Below the pieces are notes generated by a model. That model did not search any database and was not told where the DNA came from. It saw only the letters and a program-made list of their open reading frames with translations. From a bacterium (GTDB taxonomy: Bacteria; UBA8248), in assembly GCA_965202625.1 (NCBI GenBank), contig CBDBBI010000010.1, positions 2,656,001-2,720,000 of the forward strand: DNA of 64,000 nucleotides, in the 5' to 3' direction. Below are positions 24,349-34,834 of this stretch, one piece after another. The translations under genes and the position numbers were made by a program. Numbering within the stretch: the stretch's first letter is position 1; every line of letters starts with the position of its first letter.

Positions 24349-25667
24349 GGGAAGGCGGCGTTCCTAACATCTTTCAGGTACCTGAGCTCAAGAATAGGAT
24401 TCTGTTTACGCTCGGTCTTTTGGCGGTCTACCGAATTGGGGCGCATATTCCCACGCCGGGCATCGACACCGTGGCGCTGGCGGCCTTTTTCGCCGAGTTG
24501 AGCCGCGGTGGCGGGACCCTCATGCAGTTTTTCGACTTGTTCACGGGCGGTGCCCTGAGCCAGCTGACCATTTTTGCCTTGGGCATCATGCCTTATATCA
24601 GCGCCTCCATCATCTTGGAATTGCTTACGGTCGTGATTCCGCATCTCGAACGCCTCAAGAAAGAGGGGGATTCGGGACGTAAGAAGATTAACCAGTACAC
24701 GCGCTACGGCACGGTCTTTCTCTCCACGGTGCAGGGCTTCGGCATCGCCGTCGGCATTGAGCAGATGGCCGCTCCCACGGGAGCGCTCGTGGTTCCGGAC
24801 CCGGGGTGGGGTTTTCGGTTGATGACGGTGCTCACCCTCGTGGCGGGCACTTCGTTCATCATGTGGCTCGGAGAGCAAATCACCGAACGCGGCATCGGCA
24901 ACGGAATTTCCCTTATCATTTTCGCAGGCATCGTTGCTGGTCTTCCCGGCGCTATCATCAACACGTTCCGCCTACTTGGCACCGGCGAGCTTCAGCCTTT
25001 CGTCATGATATCGCTGGCGGTGGGCATGGTGGCCGTCGTGGGCCTTGTGGTTTGGTTCGAGGCGGGGCAGCGTCGAATAAGGGTGCAGTATGCGAAGCGG
25101 ATGGTGGGCCGAAAAATGGCGGGAGGCCAGGAAACGCACCTGCCTTTGAAGGTCAATACCTCTGGAGTTATTCCACCTATATTCGCGAGTTCCATGATCC
25201 TTTTCCCCGCGACGCTCGCGCAATTCTCAAACGTGGGCTGGCTCCAACAATTGAGCGCGGCGCTTACTCCACCGAGCACCTGGTATGTGGTGTTGACGGT
25301 CGTGCTGATTTTCTTCTTCGCCTATTTCTATACCGCCATCATATTTAACCCGATGGATGTGGCGGAGAATTTAAGAAAATACGGCGGCTTCGTTCCCGGA
25401 AGGCGTCCAGGCCGGCCTACGGCAGATTATATTGATCGCACCCTGAGCCGATTGACATTCTTGGGTGCCATCTACTTGAGTGCCATCGTCATTTTACCCA
25501 CCTATCTGATCCAGTGGTTCAATGTACCATTTTTCTTTGGTGGAACCGCACTTTTGATCGTCGTGGGCGTGGCGGTGGACACCCAGCGTCAGATCGAATC
25601 TCATTTGGTGATGCGGAATTATGAGGGTTTTTTGCGTCGTGGCCGCGTGCGGGGTCGTGCGGGGTAG
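24345..25667 (+). CDS. secY: Preprotein translocase subunit SecY
   Basis: LGIMPYISASII, WLGEQITERGIGNGISLIIF, GGTALLIVVGV; multiple TM helices. Confidence 0.99.
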   Translation: MREGGVPNIFQVPELKNRILFTLGLLAVYRIGAHIPTPGIDTVALAAFFAELSRGGGTLMQFFDLFTGGALSQLTIFALGIMPYISASIILELLTVVIPHLERLKKEGDSGRKKINQYTRYGTVFLSTVQGFGIAVGIEQMAAPTGALVVPDPGWGFRLMTVLTLVAGTSFIMWLGEQITERGIGNGISLIIFAGIVAGLPGAIINTFRLLGTGELQPFVMISLAVGMVAVVGLVVWFEAGQRRIRVQYAKRMVGRKMAGGQETHLPLKVNTSGVIPPIFASSMILFPATLAQFSNVGWLQQLSAALTPPSTWYVVLTVVLIFFFAYFYTAIIFNPMDVAENLRKYGGFVPGRRPGRPTADYIDRTLSRLTFLGAIYLSAIVILPTYLIQWFNVPFFFGGTALLIVVGVAVDTQRQIESHLVMRNYEGFLRRGRVRGRAG

Positions 25668-25671
25668 TTGG

Positions 25672-26301
25672 ATGAGGATCATTCTTCTGGGGCCTCCAGG
25701 ATCGGGAAAAGGCACGCAAGGTGCCTTGCTCTCGAAATCCCTTCAACTGCCTGAAATCTCGACAGGGGACATGTTGCGGCAGGCGGTTGCGGAGAGGACG
25801 GTGCTTGGCCAGCAAGTAGAGAGCATGATCAACCAGGGCCAGCTCGTACCCGACGACCTCATCGTGTCGATTATCGAAGAGCGCATCTCCCGCGAAGATT
25901 GCAGGCATGGCTTTATTCTGGATGGTTTTCCGAGGACGATTGAGCAGGGTGAGGCGCTGGAAAGGGTTTTGCCCGAAAGTGTGGATGTGGTTGTTTATAT
26001 GAACATATCGAACGAGGTCGTGGTGTCGCGGCTGGCGGGAAGGATCACGTGCAAAAAATGCGGCGCGGCGTATCCCAAGATGGACACCTCGCTTTGTCCC
26101 GCCTGCAGGGGAGATCTCTACCAGCGTGAAGACGACATGATGAGCACGGTGCTCCGCCGTATTCAGGTGTATAAGGAGCACACAGAGCCTCTAGTAGCGT
26201 TTTATCGCGCGAAGGGTAAAGTCGCTGAAATTGACGGCCAGGGGAGTATGGAGGAGGTCGCACAGAGGGTGGAGGTAGGTGTTGCCCGGGTGTGCGCTTG
26301 A
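25672..26301 (+). CDS. adk: Adenylate kinase (Zn-binding LID)
   Basis: GPPGSGKGTQ, STGDMLR, LDGFPRT, CKKC/CPAC LID. Confidence 0.97.
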   Translation: MRIILLGPPGSGKGTQGALLSKSLQLPEISTGDMLRQAVAERTVLGQQVESMINQGQLVPDDLIVSIIEERISREDCRHGFILDGFPRTIEQGEALERVLPESVDVVVYMNISNEVVVSRLAGRITCKKCGAAYPKMDTSLCPACRGDLYQREDDMMSTVLRRIQVYKEHTEPLVAFYRAKGKVAEIDGQGSMEEVAQRVEVGVARVCA

Positions 26302-27053
26302 TGGCTATCATCCTTCGCTCCCAGAAAGAGATAGAGCGATTGCGCGCGAGTAACCGGGTGGTGATGTGTGTTATGGAGGAGCTCCGAAAGGAAATTCGGC
26401 CGGGTGCTTCTACGCTGGAACTGGACGCCCTTGCGGAACGGATTATTCGCTCTCAGGGGGCGCTTCCCGCCTTTAAGGGATACAGGGGCTATGAACACAC
26501 TATATGCGCTTCAGTGAATGAGGAGGTGGTTCATGGGGTGCCTTCCGAGAGGAAATTGAGAGAGGGAGATATCGTCAGCGTGGATGTCGGGGCGAAATTG
26601 TATGGCTACTATGGGGATCATGCGCTCACTTTTCCGGTGGGCAGCGTTGGTGCTGAGCCGAAAAGACTGCTGAAATACTGTGAGGGGGCGCTTTTCAAGG
26701 GAATCGAGCAGGCTAGGCCGGGCAACCGGTTGTTTGACATTTCCCATGCCGTGCAAAAACACGCAGAAGGCGCTGGTTTTTCCGTGGTGCGTGCCTATGT
26801 GGGCCACGGAGTGGGGACGAATCTTCATGAAGAGCCGCAGGTGCCGAATTTTGGCGAACCCGATACGGGGCCGGAGTTGAAGCCGGGCATGGTTCTGGCG
26901 ATTGAACCCATGCTGAACATGGGCGTTCATGAGGTGAAAGTCTTAAGTGACGAATGGACGGTCGTCACGGCAGACGAGAAACTCTCCGCGCATTTCGAGC
27001 ATTCGGTCGCCATCACGGAGAGCGGGCCCGACGTTTTGAGTCTTACAGCATGA
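26301..27053 (+). CDS. map: Type I methionine aminopeptidase
   Basis: [32 protein letters not shown]. Confidence 0.98.
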   Translation: MAIILRSQKEIERLRASNRVVMCVMEELRKEIRPGASTLELDALAERIIRSQGALPAFKGYRGYEHTICASVNEEVVHGVPSERKLREGDIVSVDVGAKLYGYYGDHALTFPVGSVGAEPKRLLKYCEGALFKGIEQARPGNRLFDISHAVQKHAEGAGFSVVRAYVGHGVGTNLHEEPQVPNFGEPDTGPELKPGMVLAIEPMLNMGVHEVKVLSDEWTVVTADEKLSAHFEHSVAITESGPDVLSLTA

Positions 27054-27337
27054 AGAAGCCGCGTCGAGGGGGGAGCAGGAGAAGAAGAAAGCGCGAGCAG
27101 GTGGAGCGAGAGGAGCGCGCGCCCAAGGAAGGTGTGATAGAGGTAGATGGAATCGTAGTGGAGCCTCTGCCGAACGCGATGTTTCGAGTCGATCTTGAAG
27201 GGGGCCACAAGGTATTGGCCCATATTTCAGGCAAGATGCGTATGCACTTCATCCGAATCCTTCCGGGGGACAACGTCAAGGTGGAACTCTCGCCGTATGA
27301 TTTAACGAGAGGGCGGATAACGAGCCGCTACAAATAA
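27050..27337 (+). CDS. infA: Translation initiation factor IF-1 with basic N-terminal extension
   Basis: [28 protein letters not shown]; ATG 27050 overlaps the map stop. Confidence 0.95.
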   Translation: MKKPRRGGSRRRRKREQVEREERAPKEGVIEVDGIVVEPLPNAMFRVDLEGGHKVLAHISGKMRMHFIRILPGDNVKVELSPYDLTRGRITSRYK

Positions 27338-27370
27338 GGGTTTATTGCAGTTGAACACTGGAGTCAGACC

Positions 27371-27484
27371 ATGAAGGTGAGAAGTTCTGTCAAGCCTATG
27401 TGTGATAAGTGCAAAGTCATCCGTCGCAAAGGGATCGTGCGCGTCATGTGCTCAAACCCGAAGCACAAACAGCGCCAGGGTTAG
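27371..27484 (+). CDS. rpmJ: 50S ribosomal protein L36 (not in ORF track)
   Basis: Manual translation [37 protein letters not shown]. Confidence 0.98.
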   Translation: MKVRSSVKPMCDKCKVIRRKGIVRVMCSNPKHKQRQG

Positions 27485-27508
27485 GGCGGAAAACAAAGGA
27501 GAACGTGG

Positions 27509-27883
27509 ATGGCGCGTATTGCTGGAGTGGATATTCCTAATAACAAGAACGTCAACGTCGCCTTGACGTATATTTTTGGCATCGGGCGCACTTCGGCGAA
27601 TAGGATAGTAGAGGAGGCGAATATCAACGCCCTCTCTAAGGTGAAGGACCTCTCCGAGGGCGAGGTGCAGAACTTGCGCGAGATTATTGAGCGCGGCTAT
27701 GCGGTGGAGGGAGATTTGAGGAGCCGGGTAACCATGAACATTAAGCGGTTGATGGACATCGGCACCTACCGGGGGCTTCGGCACCGCCGCGGCCTCCCCG
27801 TTCGCGGACAAAGAACACACACGAACGCGCGCACCCGAAAGGGGCCTCGCAAGACGGTGGGCGCGAAGAAAAAGGACACCTGA
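27509..27883 (+). CDS. rpsM: 30S ribosomal protein S13
   Basis: [25 protein letters not shown]. Confidence 0.99.
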   Translation: MARIAGVDIPNNKNVNVALTYIFGIGRTSANRIVEEANINALSKVKDLSEGEVQNLREIIERGYAVEGDLRSRVTMNIKRLMDIGTYRGLRHRRGLPVRGQRTHTNARTRKGPRKTVGAKKKDT

Positions 27884-27920
27884 TTTTTCATTTCGTCTTT
27901 CGCGGGGCAGGAGATTTCAA

Positions 27921-28322
27921 TTGGCGCAAGCGGGCAGAGGAAAACGCGGCGGAAAGCGACGCCGAGAGAGAAGGGCCATCAACAAGGGCCAAGCCCATAT
28001 ATTGGCGACCTTCAACAACACGATGCTCTCGATTTCCGACACGGGTGGGAACGTGGTTTGCTGGTCAACGGCTGGTGGGCAGGGCTTCAAGGGTTCTAGA
28101 AAAAGCACGCCTTTCGCCGCGCAGATGGCCGCTGCGGACGTTGCCAAGAAAGCGCTGGACCTTGGAGTGACTTCTGTGGAGGTATACGTGAGCGGGCCTG
28201 GTTCTGGCAGAGAGGCGGCGATTCGCTCGCTGGCCGCAGCGGGGCTCGAAGTGAGTCTCATTCGTGACGTGACGCCTATTCCCCATAATGGTTGTCGCCC
28301 GCGCAAGCGGCGGCGAGTCTAG
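27921..28322 (+). CDS. rpsK: 30S ribosomal protein S11
   Basis: [31 protein letters not shown]. Confidence 0.99.
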   Translation: MAQAGRGKRGGKRRRERRAINKGQAHILATFNNTMLSISDTGGNVVCWSTAGGQGFKGSRKSTPFAAQMAAADVAKKALDLGVTSVEVYVSGPGSGREAAIRSLAAAGLEVSLIRDVTPIPHNGCRPRKRRRV

Positions 28323-28348
28323 GTTAAGACGAAGAGGGAGTCTGCATT

Positions 28349-28981
28349 TTGGCGCGATACAAGGATTCGGTTTGTCGGCTTTGCCGAAGGGAGGGAATGA
28401 AGCTCTTTCTGAAGGGCGATCGCTGCATCGGGGATAAATGCTCTTTTGAGAAGCGGAGCTTTCCGCCGGGACAGCATGGAGCGGCGCGTTCAAGGGGAAA
28501 ACTGAGCGAATATGGTATTCAGCTTCGAGAGAAGCAAAAGGCGCGCCGGGTATACGGCGTGTTGGAGAAGCAATTTCGGCTTTATTACAAAGAAGCGGCG
28601 CGCCGTAAGGGAGTCACTGGCGACAATCTATTTTCCTTGCTGGAGTCTCGCCTTGATAACGTCGTGTTTCGGGCAAGTTTCGCGGACTCACGGAATCAGG
28701 CACGTCAACTGGTGACTCACAGCCACGTTCTGGTGAATGGCCGGAAGGTGAATCGCCCGGCGTTCATCGTGCGAAAAGGCGACCTCGTCGAGATCAAAGA
28801 GAAGAGCAAAAAGATGGGATTGGTTTTGCAAAGCGCAGAGAATGGGAAGGTGCGCGGTGTTCCCGCTTGGCTCGACGTAGACCACGCCGACCTTCAAGCG
28901 CGCGTCTTGGAGCCGCCCCGCTTGCTTGACTCGCAAATCGACATCAACGCGCAGCAAATTGTGGAGCTTTATTCCAAATAG
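28349..28981 (+). CDS. rpsD: 30S ribosomal protein S4
   Basis: [29 protein letters not shown]. Confidence 0.99.
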   Translation: MARYKDSVCRLCRREGMKLFLKGDRCIGDKCSFEKRSFPPGQHGAARSRGKLSEYGIQLREKQKARRVYGVLEKQFRLYYKEAARRKGVTGDNLFSLLESRLDNVVFRASFADSRNQARQLVTHSHVLVNGRKVNRPAFIVRKGDLVEIKEKSKKMGLVLQSAENGKVRGVPAWLDVDHADLQARVLEPPRLLDSQIDINAQQIVELYSK

Positions 28982-29033
28982 ATTTCAACCAACTTCCCTG
29001 AAAAAGTGCTCAACCGCCGAACGGAGAGGACCC

Positions 29034-30056
29034 ATGGAAATGACGGCTATTGCTGAGCTTGTCAAACCCACTGGCCTGGAGCCGCAGCCAGGGAGTTTGA
29101 CCGATACTTTCGGTTGCTTTGTCGCCGAGCCGCTGGAGCGCGGGTATGGCGTTACGCTGGGGAACGCGCTTCGTCGGGTGATTTTGTCTTCGTTGCAGGG
29201 CGCCGCGTTCACGGGCTTGCGTATTGAAGGGGTGTTTCACGAGTTTTCAAGCATTCCGGGTGTCATGGAGGATGTGATGGAGATCGTCTTGAAACTCAAA
29301 GAGGTCGTCATCCAGGTGGACTCGGAAAATACGCCGGCTCGCATGTATTATCGGCACTCAGGTTCCGCCGGCGTTTTCAGGGCAGGGGACATTGAGGTTC
29401 CGGCGGGCGTGAAGGTGCTGACCCCCGACGTAAGGATCGCCAACATGAACGATGAAGCAGACCTCGACATGGAACTCGTGGCGAACGTTGGCCGTGGCTA
29501 TGTGCCTGCGGAGAGAAACGTGGACCTTGACCTCGGCCCTCAGTTTATCCCGATGGACTCCATCTTCTCTCCCATCCGCCGATGCGCTTTTCAGGTGGAA
29601 AAAACGCGGGTCGGCGACATTACGGACTACGACAAGCTGATTCTCGACGTGGAGACGAACGGCACTATCGCTCCCGTGGACGCCGTCGCACACGCGGCGA
29701 AGATACTGAAGGATAACCTTCAGATATTCATCAATTTTGAGGAAGAGCAGACACCCCAGGAACCCAAGGTGGATGAACGCAAGCAAAGGATTGTGGAGAG
29801 CCTCAGCAGAAGCGTGGAGGAGTTGGAGCTTTCGGTTCGCAGCTATAATTGCCTAAAAAACGCGCGAATTCGCACGCTGGGTGAGTTGGTGCAAAAGTCC
29901 GAAGGCGATCTGTTGAAAACGCGCAATTTTGGCCGGAAGAGTTTGAACGAAATTCGTGATATTCTCACGGGCATGGGTTTGTCCCTCGGGATGGATTTGG
30001 TGGACTACATGAATCTCCCAGTGCGTGAGTTAAGCGGGCGGGATAACATCGAATAA
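29034..30056 (+). CDS. rpoA: DNA-directed RNA polymerase subunit alpha
   Basis: [34 protein letters not shown]; ATG 29034 after GGAGAGG. Confidence 0.99.
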   Translation: MEMTAIAELVKPTGLEPQPGSLTDTFGCFVAEPLERGYGVTLGNALRRVILSSLQGAAFTGLRIEGVFHEFSSIPGVMEDVMEIVLKLKEVVIQVDSENTPARMYYRHSGSAGVFRAGDIEVPAGVKVLTPDVRIANMNDEADLDMELVANVGRGYVPAERNVDLDLGPQFIPMDSIFSPIRRCAFQVEKTRVGDITDYDKLILDVETNGTIAPVDAVAHAAKILKDNLQIFINFEEEQTPQEPKVDERKQRIVESLSRSVEELELSVRSYNCLKNARIRTLGELVQKSEGDLLKTRNFGRKSLNEIRDILTGMGLSLGMDLVDYMNLPVRELSGRDNIE

Positions 30057-30075
30057 GGGGGCGGGGTGTAGGCAG

Positions 30076-30498
30076 ATGCGACACCGATGGCACGGCAGAA
30101 AACTGGGGCGTACGTCGAAGCATCGAGACGCTATGACGCGGAACATGGTCACCTCTCTCATTGCTGAGGAGAGAGTGCGAACGACGCTGGCGAAAGCAAA
30201 AGAGGTTCGTCGGCACGCCGAGCGCGTCATTACTATGGGTAAGAAGGGCACACTACATGCGCGTCGGCAAGTCGCCTCCTATCTCAAGACTCCGCGTGCG
30301 GTCGTCAAGCTCATGGACACCATTGCCCCGAGGTATGCGGAACGTCCTGGCGGCTACACCCGAATTCTGCGTCTTCCGCCTCGACAGGGAGACGCCGCAC
30401 CCATGGCGATTCTTGAGTTAATTGACAGAGACATCTCTAAAGAAGAGGAGATACGGGAGCGTCGCCTGAAGAAAAAAGAGGCCCGCGGAGAAGCGTAG
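30076..30498 (+). CDS. rplQ: 50S ribosomal protein L17
   Basis: MRH....[20 protein letters not shown]. Confidence 0.99.
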   Translation: MRHRWHGRKLGRTSKHRDAMTRNMVTSLIAEERVRTTLAKAKEVRRHAERVITMGKKGTLHARRQVASYLKTPRAVVKLMDTIAPRYAERPGGYTRILRLPPRQGDAAPMAILELIDRDISKEEEIRERRLKKKEARGEA

Positions 30499-30524
30499 AG
30501 GGCCGTAACCTGGAGGAGGCGTGT

Positions 30525-30552
30525 AAGGAGAGCCGATGAGGCTCTCCTTTTT
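30525..30552 (+). terminator. Intrinsic terminator of the alpha operon
   Basis: AAGGAGAGCC-gatga-GGCTCTCCTT stem running into a T tract after rplQ. Confidence 0.8.
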
Positions 30553-30584
30553 CGTTTATCCCCAAATGAAGTGGAGACCCTCAA

Positions 30585-31007
30585 TTGTCTCATTTGAGAG
30601 GACGACCGGATGCGGATGGCTGTTTCGTTTGTGGGCTCAAGAACCCGATTGGCTTGAAGATCGCTTTTCGCATGGATGGTGACGTCTGTCGCGCGGAATT
30701 CACGCCGCAGTCCGCACATCAGGGTTATGACGGCATAACACATGGCGGAATCGTCTTCAGCATTCTTGATGACGTCATGGCGAACTGGCTTTTCTTGCAA
30801 GGGTTCCGCGCCTACTCGGCGAGAAGCGAAATTCGTTACCGGGCACCTCTTCCAGTGGGTGTTCCCTTGTTGCTTGAGGGGAGGTTGAAGAAAAAGAGGG
30901 GCAAGTTCGTTCTGCTGGTGGGAAAGGCGATGCGGGCGGAGGACGGCCGGCCCGTCGCCGAGGCGGAAGCCATGTTTCATGTCGTGGAAGGTGAGGCGGA
31001 CGATTGA
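30585..31007 (+). CDS. PaaI-like hotdog-fold thioesterase
   Basis: CFVCGLKNPIGL, HQGYDGITHGG..ILDD. Confidence 0.85.
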   Translation: MSHLRGRPDADGCFVCGLKNPIGLKIAFRMDGDVCRAEFTPQSAHQGYDGITHGGIVFSILDDVMANWLFLQGFRAYSARSEIRYRAPLPVGVPLLLEGRLKKKRGKFVLLVGKAMRAEDGRPVAEAEAMFHVVEGEADD

Positions 31008-32122
31008 TGAGGATTGGGTTGCCGAGAGAGAGCAAGCAGGACGAATACCGGGTTGCCCTGGCGCCGAGCGCTGTGGAGGCACTTTCGGAGGCGGGGCACG
31101 CCGTGCTGGTGGAGCGGGGTGCTGGTCGGGGAGCCGGTGTTCTGGATGAGGACTACGAGGGGGTGGGCGGGCGCCTCGTTTCGTCGGCGGAGGAAATTTG
31201 GGCGAAGGGGGAGATGATCATCAAGGTCAAGGAACCCTTGAAATCAGAGTTTGCGCTGATGCGCAAGGGGCAGATATTATTCGCTTTCTTGCATTTGGCC
31301 GCCTGCCTGCCCCTTGCGCGGGCACTTCTGCGAAAGGGAGTGTATGGCGTCGCGTTCGAGACGGTGAGTTCGTCCGACGGCGTTTTGCCGATTTTGCAAC
31401 CCATGAGCGAGATAGCGGGCCGAATGGCTGTTCAGGAGGGCGCGAAGTATCTGGAGAAGAATTTGGGTGGGCGCGGCGTTTTGCTGGCCGGAGCGCCAGG
31501 CGTTCCCCGTGGAAACGTGATCATCCTTGGAGCGGGCATCGTGGGAAAAAACGCCGCCAAGATAGCAGTCGGAATGCATGCGAGCGTCACCGTCTTCGAC
31601 ATCAACCATGCGCGACTCGAGTATATTGACGATATTTTCGACGGTCGGGTAAAGACCTTGGTGTCCACGCGTTTCACCGTTCGAGAAGCCATCAGCGAGG
31701 CGGATTTGGTTATTGGCGCTGTTTTGGTGCCTGGAGGGCGGACGCCCGTTCTCGTTTCCCACGAGATGCTTAGGGAGATGCATCCAGGTGCTGTCGTCGT
31801 GGATGTGGCGGTAGACCAGGGCGGTTGCGTAGAGACGATACACCCCACATATCATTCCAGCCCCACTTACGTTGTTGATGACGTCGTCCACTACGGCGTG
31901 GCGAATATGCCGGGGGCCGTTCCTCGGACGAGCACCATCGCGTTGTCGAACGCCGTGCTCCCCTATGCCTTGGAGCTGGCCAACCTGGGGTTAAGGGAGG
32001 CGGTGATGCGCAATCCAAACATCGCCGATGGTTTGAACGTGGCGAAAGGCCGCATTGTTCATGCGGGGGTGGCGGAAGCCTTGGGAATGAAACGCGCAAG
32101 CGCGAAAGAGGTGTTTTCCTAA
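31007..32122 (+). CDS. ald: Alanine dehydrogenase
   Basis: E.K..EYRVAL, KVKEP, PMSEIAGR, GAGIVG, DVAVDQGGC, VANMPGAVPRTST. Confidence 0.96.
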   Translation: MRIGLPRESKQDEYRVALAPSAVEALSEAGHAVLVERGAGRGAGVLDEDYEGVGGRLVSSAEEIWAKGEMIIKVKEPLKSEFALMRKGQILFAFLHLAACLPLARALLRKGVYGVAFETVSSSDGVLPILQPMSEIAGRMAVQEGAKYLEKNLGGRGVLLAGAPGVPRGNVIILGAGIVGKNAAKIAVGMHASVTVFDINHARLEYIDDIFDGRVKTLVSTRFTVREAISEADLVIGAVLVPGGRTPVLVSHEMLREMHPGAVVVDVAVDQGGCVETIHPTYHSSPTYVVDDVVHYGVANMPGAVPRTSTIALSNAVLPYALELANLGLREAVMRNPNIADGLNVAKGRIVHAGVAEALGMKRASAKEVFS

Positions 32123-32142
32123 GAGAGGGAGATTTCCCTCTC
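32123..32142 (+). terminator. Hairpin directly after the ald stop
   Basis: GAGAGGGA-gatt-TCCCTCTC perfect 8-bp stem, but no T-run. Confidence 0.4.
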
Positions 32143-32164
32143 GGTTGACACGAGAGGCCTAGGA

Positions 32165-32392
32165 ATGGCAAGGTTGCAAGGACGACAACCAAAGGTGATT
32201 TATGGGCATGAGTTCGAGTTTGTGTTCCCCATAAAATACGAAGAGGAACACGTTCTCAAAAGAATAGAGGCTGCCGCTCCGCAACAGACATGGATGGAAA
32301 ACTTAGTGAACAAAACAAACAAGCACGCGAACGACGCAAATGACCCCAACCCCACGAGATGGCGATTGAAAAAGCGCGTGAGGGGGTCATAG
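32165..32392 (+). CDS. Hypothetical protein (possibly a fragment of a decayed gene)
   Basis: 75-aa ORF with GAGAGG upstream, in an A-richer insert; no recognisable motif. Confidence 0.3.
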   Translation: MARLQGRQPKVIYGHEFEFVFPIKYEEEHVLKRIEAAAPQQTWMENLVNKTNKHANDANDPNPTRWRLKKRVRGS

Positions 32393-32877
32393 GGTGATCG
32401 CCAAAATATGAATTTTCCAACCGCCCGTCTTGCTCTGGGCAAAGAGATTCGGCTTGTTGCCACTGAGACGCTTAGGCGCGTTCCTTCCAGGACAGAGAGG
32501 ATTATTACTCCCTCGAGGGGTGGCAGGAGAAAATTCAACAGCTTATACAAAATGAAGAATCCGCGAGCGGGCTGAGGAAAACCTCCAGAGAACCAAAGTC
32601 GTCAAAGAAAATCTTGGTGGATTGCATATCTAGCCTAGCAGAGGGTCGGGGGGGAGCAATCGCACTAACTCCTGTAACCCCGCTCTCTTGAGGAGACTTT
32701 GCAATAAGCAAAGGATGCGCGCAGACAAACGTTAGAGAGAGCCTTAAAAACTAAGCGCGGAATTAAAGATAAAGATCGAAGTTTCTAACCGAGCTCCACT
32801 GGTGCGTGCATTACGAAAAGACTAACTTAACCACATGGAAACCTGTGCCTCAGTGCTTGAAGCCCGGCGGCTTCGAT

Positions 32878-33546
32878 TTATTTCTTGATGAGGCCCAACA
32901 CGAATTTCCCCTGAATCTCCAGGTGTTTAATCACCAGGCACTCGGCTTTTATCGCGTCGCTGCCGAGAATGGCTTGGAGTATTTCCTCGTGCTCGGCTAC
33001 AGAGTCGTCGAGGCGCCCGGGCGCGTGGAGCGTCACCACGCGGGTCTTCATGATTTGTTGCCGAAGATTTTCGATGAGCGACTGTAGCCTTGAATTCCCG
33101 CAAGCACTCGTGATGTGTCGATGAAAATCGCGGTTCGTCGCCCAGTAGGAATCTACGTCGCCCCGCTCGTGATGTCGTTTCAAGCGTTGAAAAAAATGGC
33201 GAAGTTTCTTGTTTGCCCTTCCTTTCTGAAGGTTCGGGGTTGCGAGGCGCGTGGCGAGACCCTCTAGAACGCTGGTGATGGCGTAGATGTCTAAAACCTC
33301 GTCTTCTTTCACGCGGCTTACATACGCACCCTTGTGGGGAACGATGGTGATGTACCCTTCGGCTGCGAGTTCCCTGAAGGCTTCTCGAAGCGGCGTTCTG
33401 CTCACGCCCATCGATTGGGTCAACGCCGTCTCGACCAGTTTGTCTCCCGGCTGAAAAGTTCCGTTCAGAATGGCGTCTTTTATCTGTTCCGACGCCATCC
33501 TGCTCAAGGATTTGGGTTTTTTGATTTGAACGCCGAGTATGCGCAT
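32878..33546 (-). CDS. GntR/FCD-family transcriptional regulator
   Basis: GntR HTH (PGDKL.E..L....GVSRTPLREA); FCD features NRDFH, GNSRL, EHEEIL. Confidence 0.93.
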   Translation of the reverse strand: MRILGVQIKKPKSLSRMASEQIKDAILNGTFQPGDKLVETALTQSMGVSRTPLREAFRELAAEGYITIVPHKGAYVSRVKEDEVLDIYAITSVLEGLATRLATPNLQKGRANKKLRHFFQRLKRHHERGDVDSYWATNRDFHRHITSACGNSRLQSLIENLRQQIMKTRVVTLHAPGRLDDSVAEHEEILQAILGSDAIKAECLVIKHLEIQGKFVLGLIKK

Positions 33547-33628
33547 GTCGAGCCTCAGTCCGCCCCCTTCACGGATAAATGATCAAATGAAGAAAAGCCC
33601 TCAAGGCGAATTCTAGGTTGTAGAAGAA

Positions 33629-34819
33629 TCAGACCACGCCCCTCCCTCGAAGAACGCTCCGTTGCGTTTCATCCATTCCGAGAATAGTCTCCAACACTTC
33701 TTCGGTGTGCTCGCCGAGTGCGGGCGGGGGCGTCCGCACGGCACCCGGAGCTTCCGAGAGCTTGATGGGCACACCGGTCACTTTCGTCGGGCCAGCGATA
33801 GGCACATCGACGTCCACCACCATCTCCCGGGAGAGCACCTGTGGTTCGCTGAGCACCTGACCGATGTCGTTTATCGGTCCGCATGGAATACCGGCCCCCC
33901 GCAGGGTCTCGAGCATTTCTTCCACCATTTTTTCGGCAAAAAAGACGTCGAGGATCGCTTGTAGTTCTTCGCGGTTGTTCACTCGGTCCTTGTTGACGGC
34001 GAATTTGGCATCTTCCTTGACGTCTCCTAGCCCCATCGCGTCGCAGAATTTTCTCCACAGGCTGTCGTTTCCCACGCCTAGGTTGAAGTATCCATCCTTG
34101 CACGCATAGGTTTCATAAGGCGTAATTGAGGGATGCCGGTTTCCTCTTCTTTGCGGGATGTTTCGGGTCGCGAAATAGCTGTTCGCGTGGTAGGTGAGCA
34201 GGGCCACCTGCCCGTCGAGCATGCTAATGTCAACCATTTGGCCGATCCCCGTTTTCTCGCGGTGATACAGGGAGAGCAAAATGCCCTGGGCGGCGAGCAT
34301 TCCGGCCGTGATGTCTGCGATGGACGCGCCCACTTTAGTAGGCGGGCCGTCGGCGTCTCCTGTGATGCTCATCACCCCGCCCTCGCCCTGGATGACCACG
34401 TCGAAACCCGGTTCGTTCCTCCGGGGGCCGGTTTGTCCAAAGCCGGAGAGCGAGGCGAATATCATTCGGGAGTTGATCTGGTGGATCGCCTTCCAGGAAA
34501 ACCCGAGTTTATCCAGTGTCCCGGGTCTGAAATTCTCCACCATGACGTCGCTTTTTTGAATCAAGTCCCGTAAAAGCGCCTTTCCGCGCTCATGTTTCAG
34601 GTTGAGCGTGAGGCTCTTTTTGTTCCGGTTGATGGAGATGAAGTACGTGCTCACGCCGTTCAGGAAGGGGGGCCCCCAGCTACGAGTGTCGTCTCCGCCG
34701 TCCGGGTTTTCGATCTTGATGACCTCAGCACCCATATCGCCCAGCATCATGGTACAATAGGGGCCTGCGAGAATGCGCGTCAGGTCAACTACCCGAATAC
34801 CTTTTAGTGGTCCGGACAT
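33629..34819 (-). CDS. Class III (CaiB/BaiF) CoA-transferase
   Basis: VVDLTRILAGPYC, NRNKKSL.LNLK, VENFRPG, SGFGQTGP, conserved Asp in SIADITAG. Confidence 0.93.
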   Translation of the reverse strand: MSGPLKGIRVVDLTRILAGPYCTMMLGDMGAEVIKIENPDGGDDTRSWGPPFLNGVSTYFISINRNKKSLTLNLKHERGKALLRDLIQKSDVMVENFRPGTLDKLGFSWKAIHQINSRMIFASLSGFGQTGPRRNEPGFDVVIQGEGGVMSITGDADGPPTKVGASIADITAGMLAAQGILLSLYHREKTGIGQMVDISMLDGQVALLTYHANSYFATRNIPQRRGNRHPSITPYETYACKDGYFNLGVGNDSLWRKFCDAMGLGDVKEDAKFAVNKDRVNNREELQAILDVFFAEKMVEEMLETLRGAGIPCGPINDIGQVLSEPQVLSREMVVDVDVPIAGPTKVTGVPIKLSEAPGAVRTPPPALGEHTEEVLETILGMDETQRSVLRGRGVV

Positions 34820-34834
34820 GAGGGTTTCTCTCCG

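Noticed and set aside
32143-32877. Faint resemblance to IS200/IS605 omegaRNA/HEARO (GGTTGAC..., GGGGGAGCAATC...)
   Set aside because: No IscB/TnpB/TnpA ORF and no matching terminal pairing; similarity limited to a few short words
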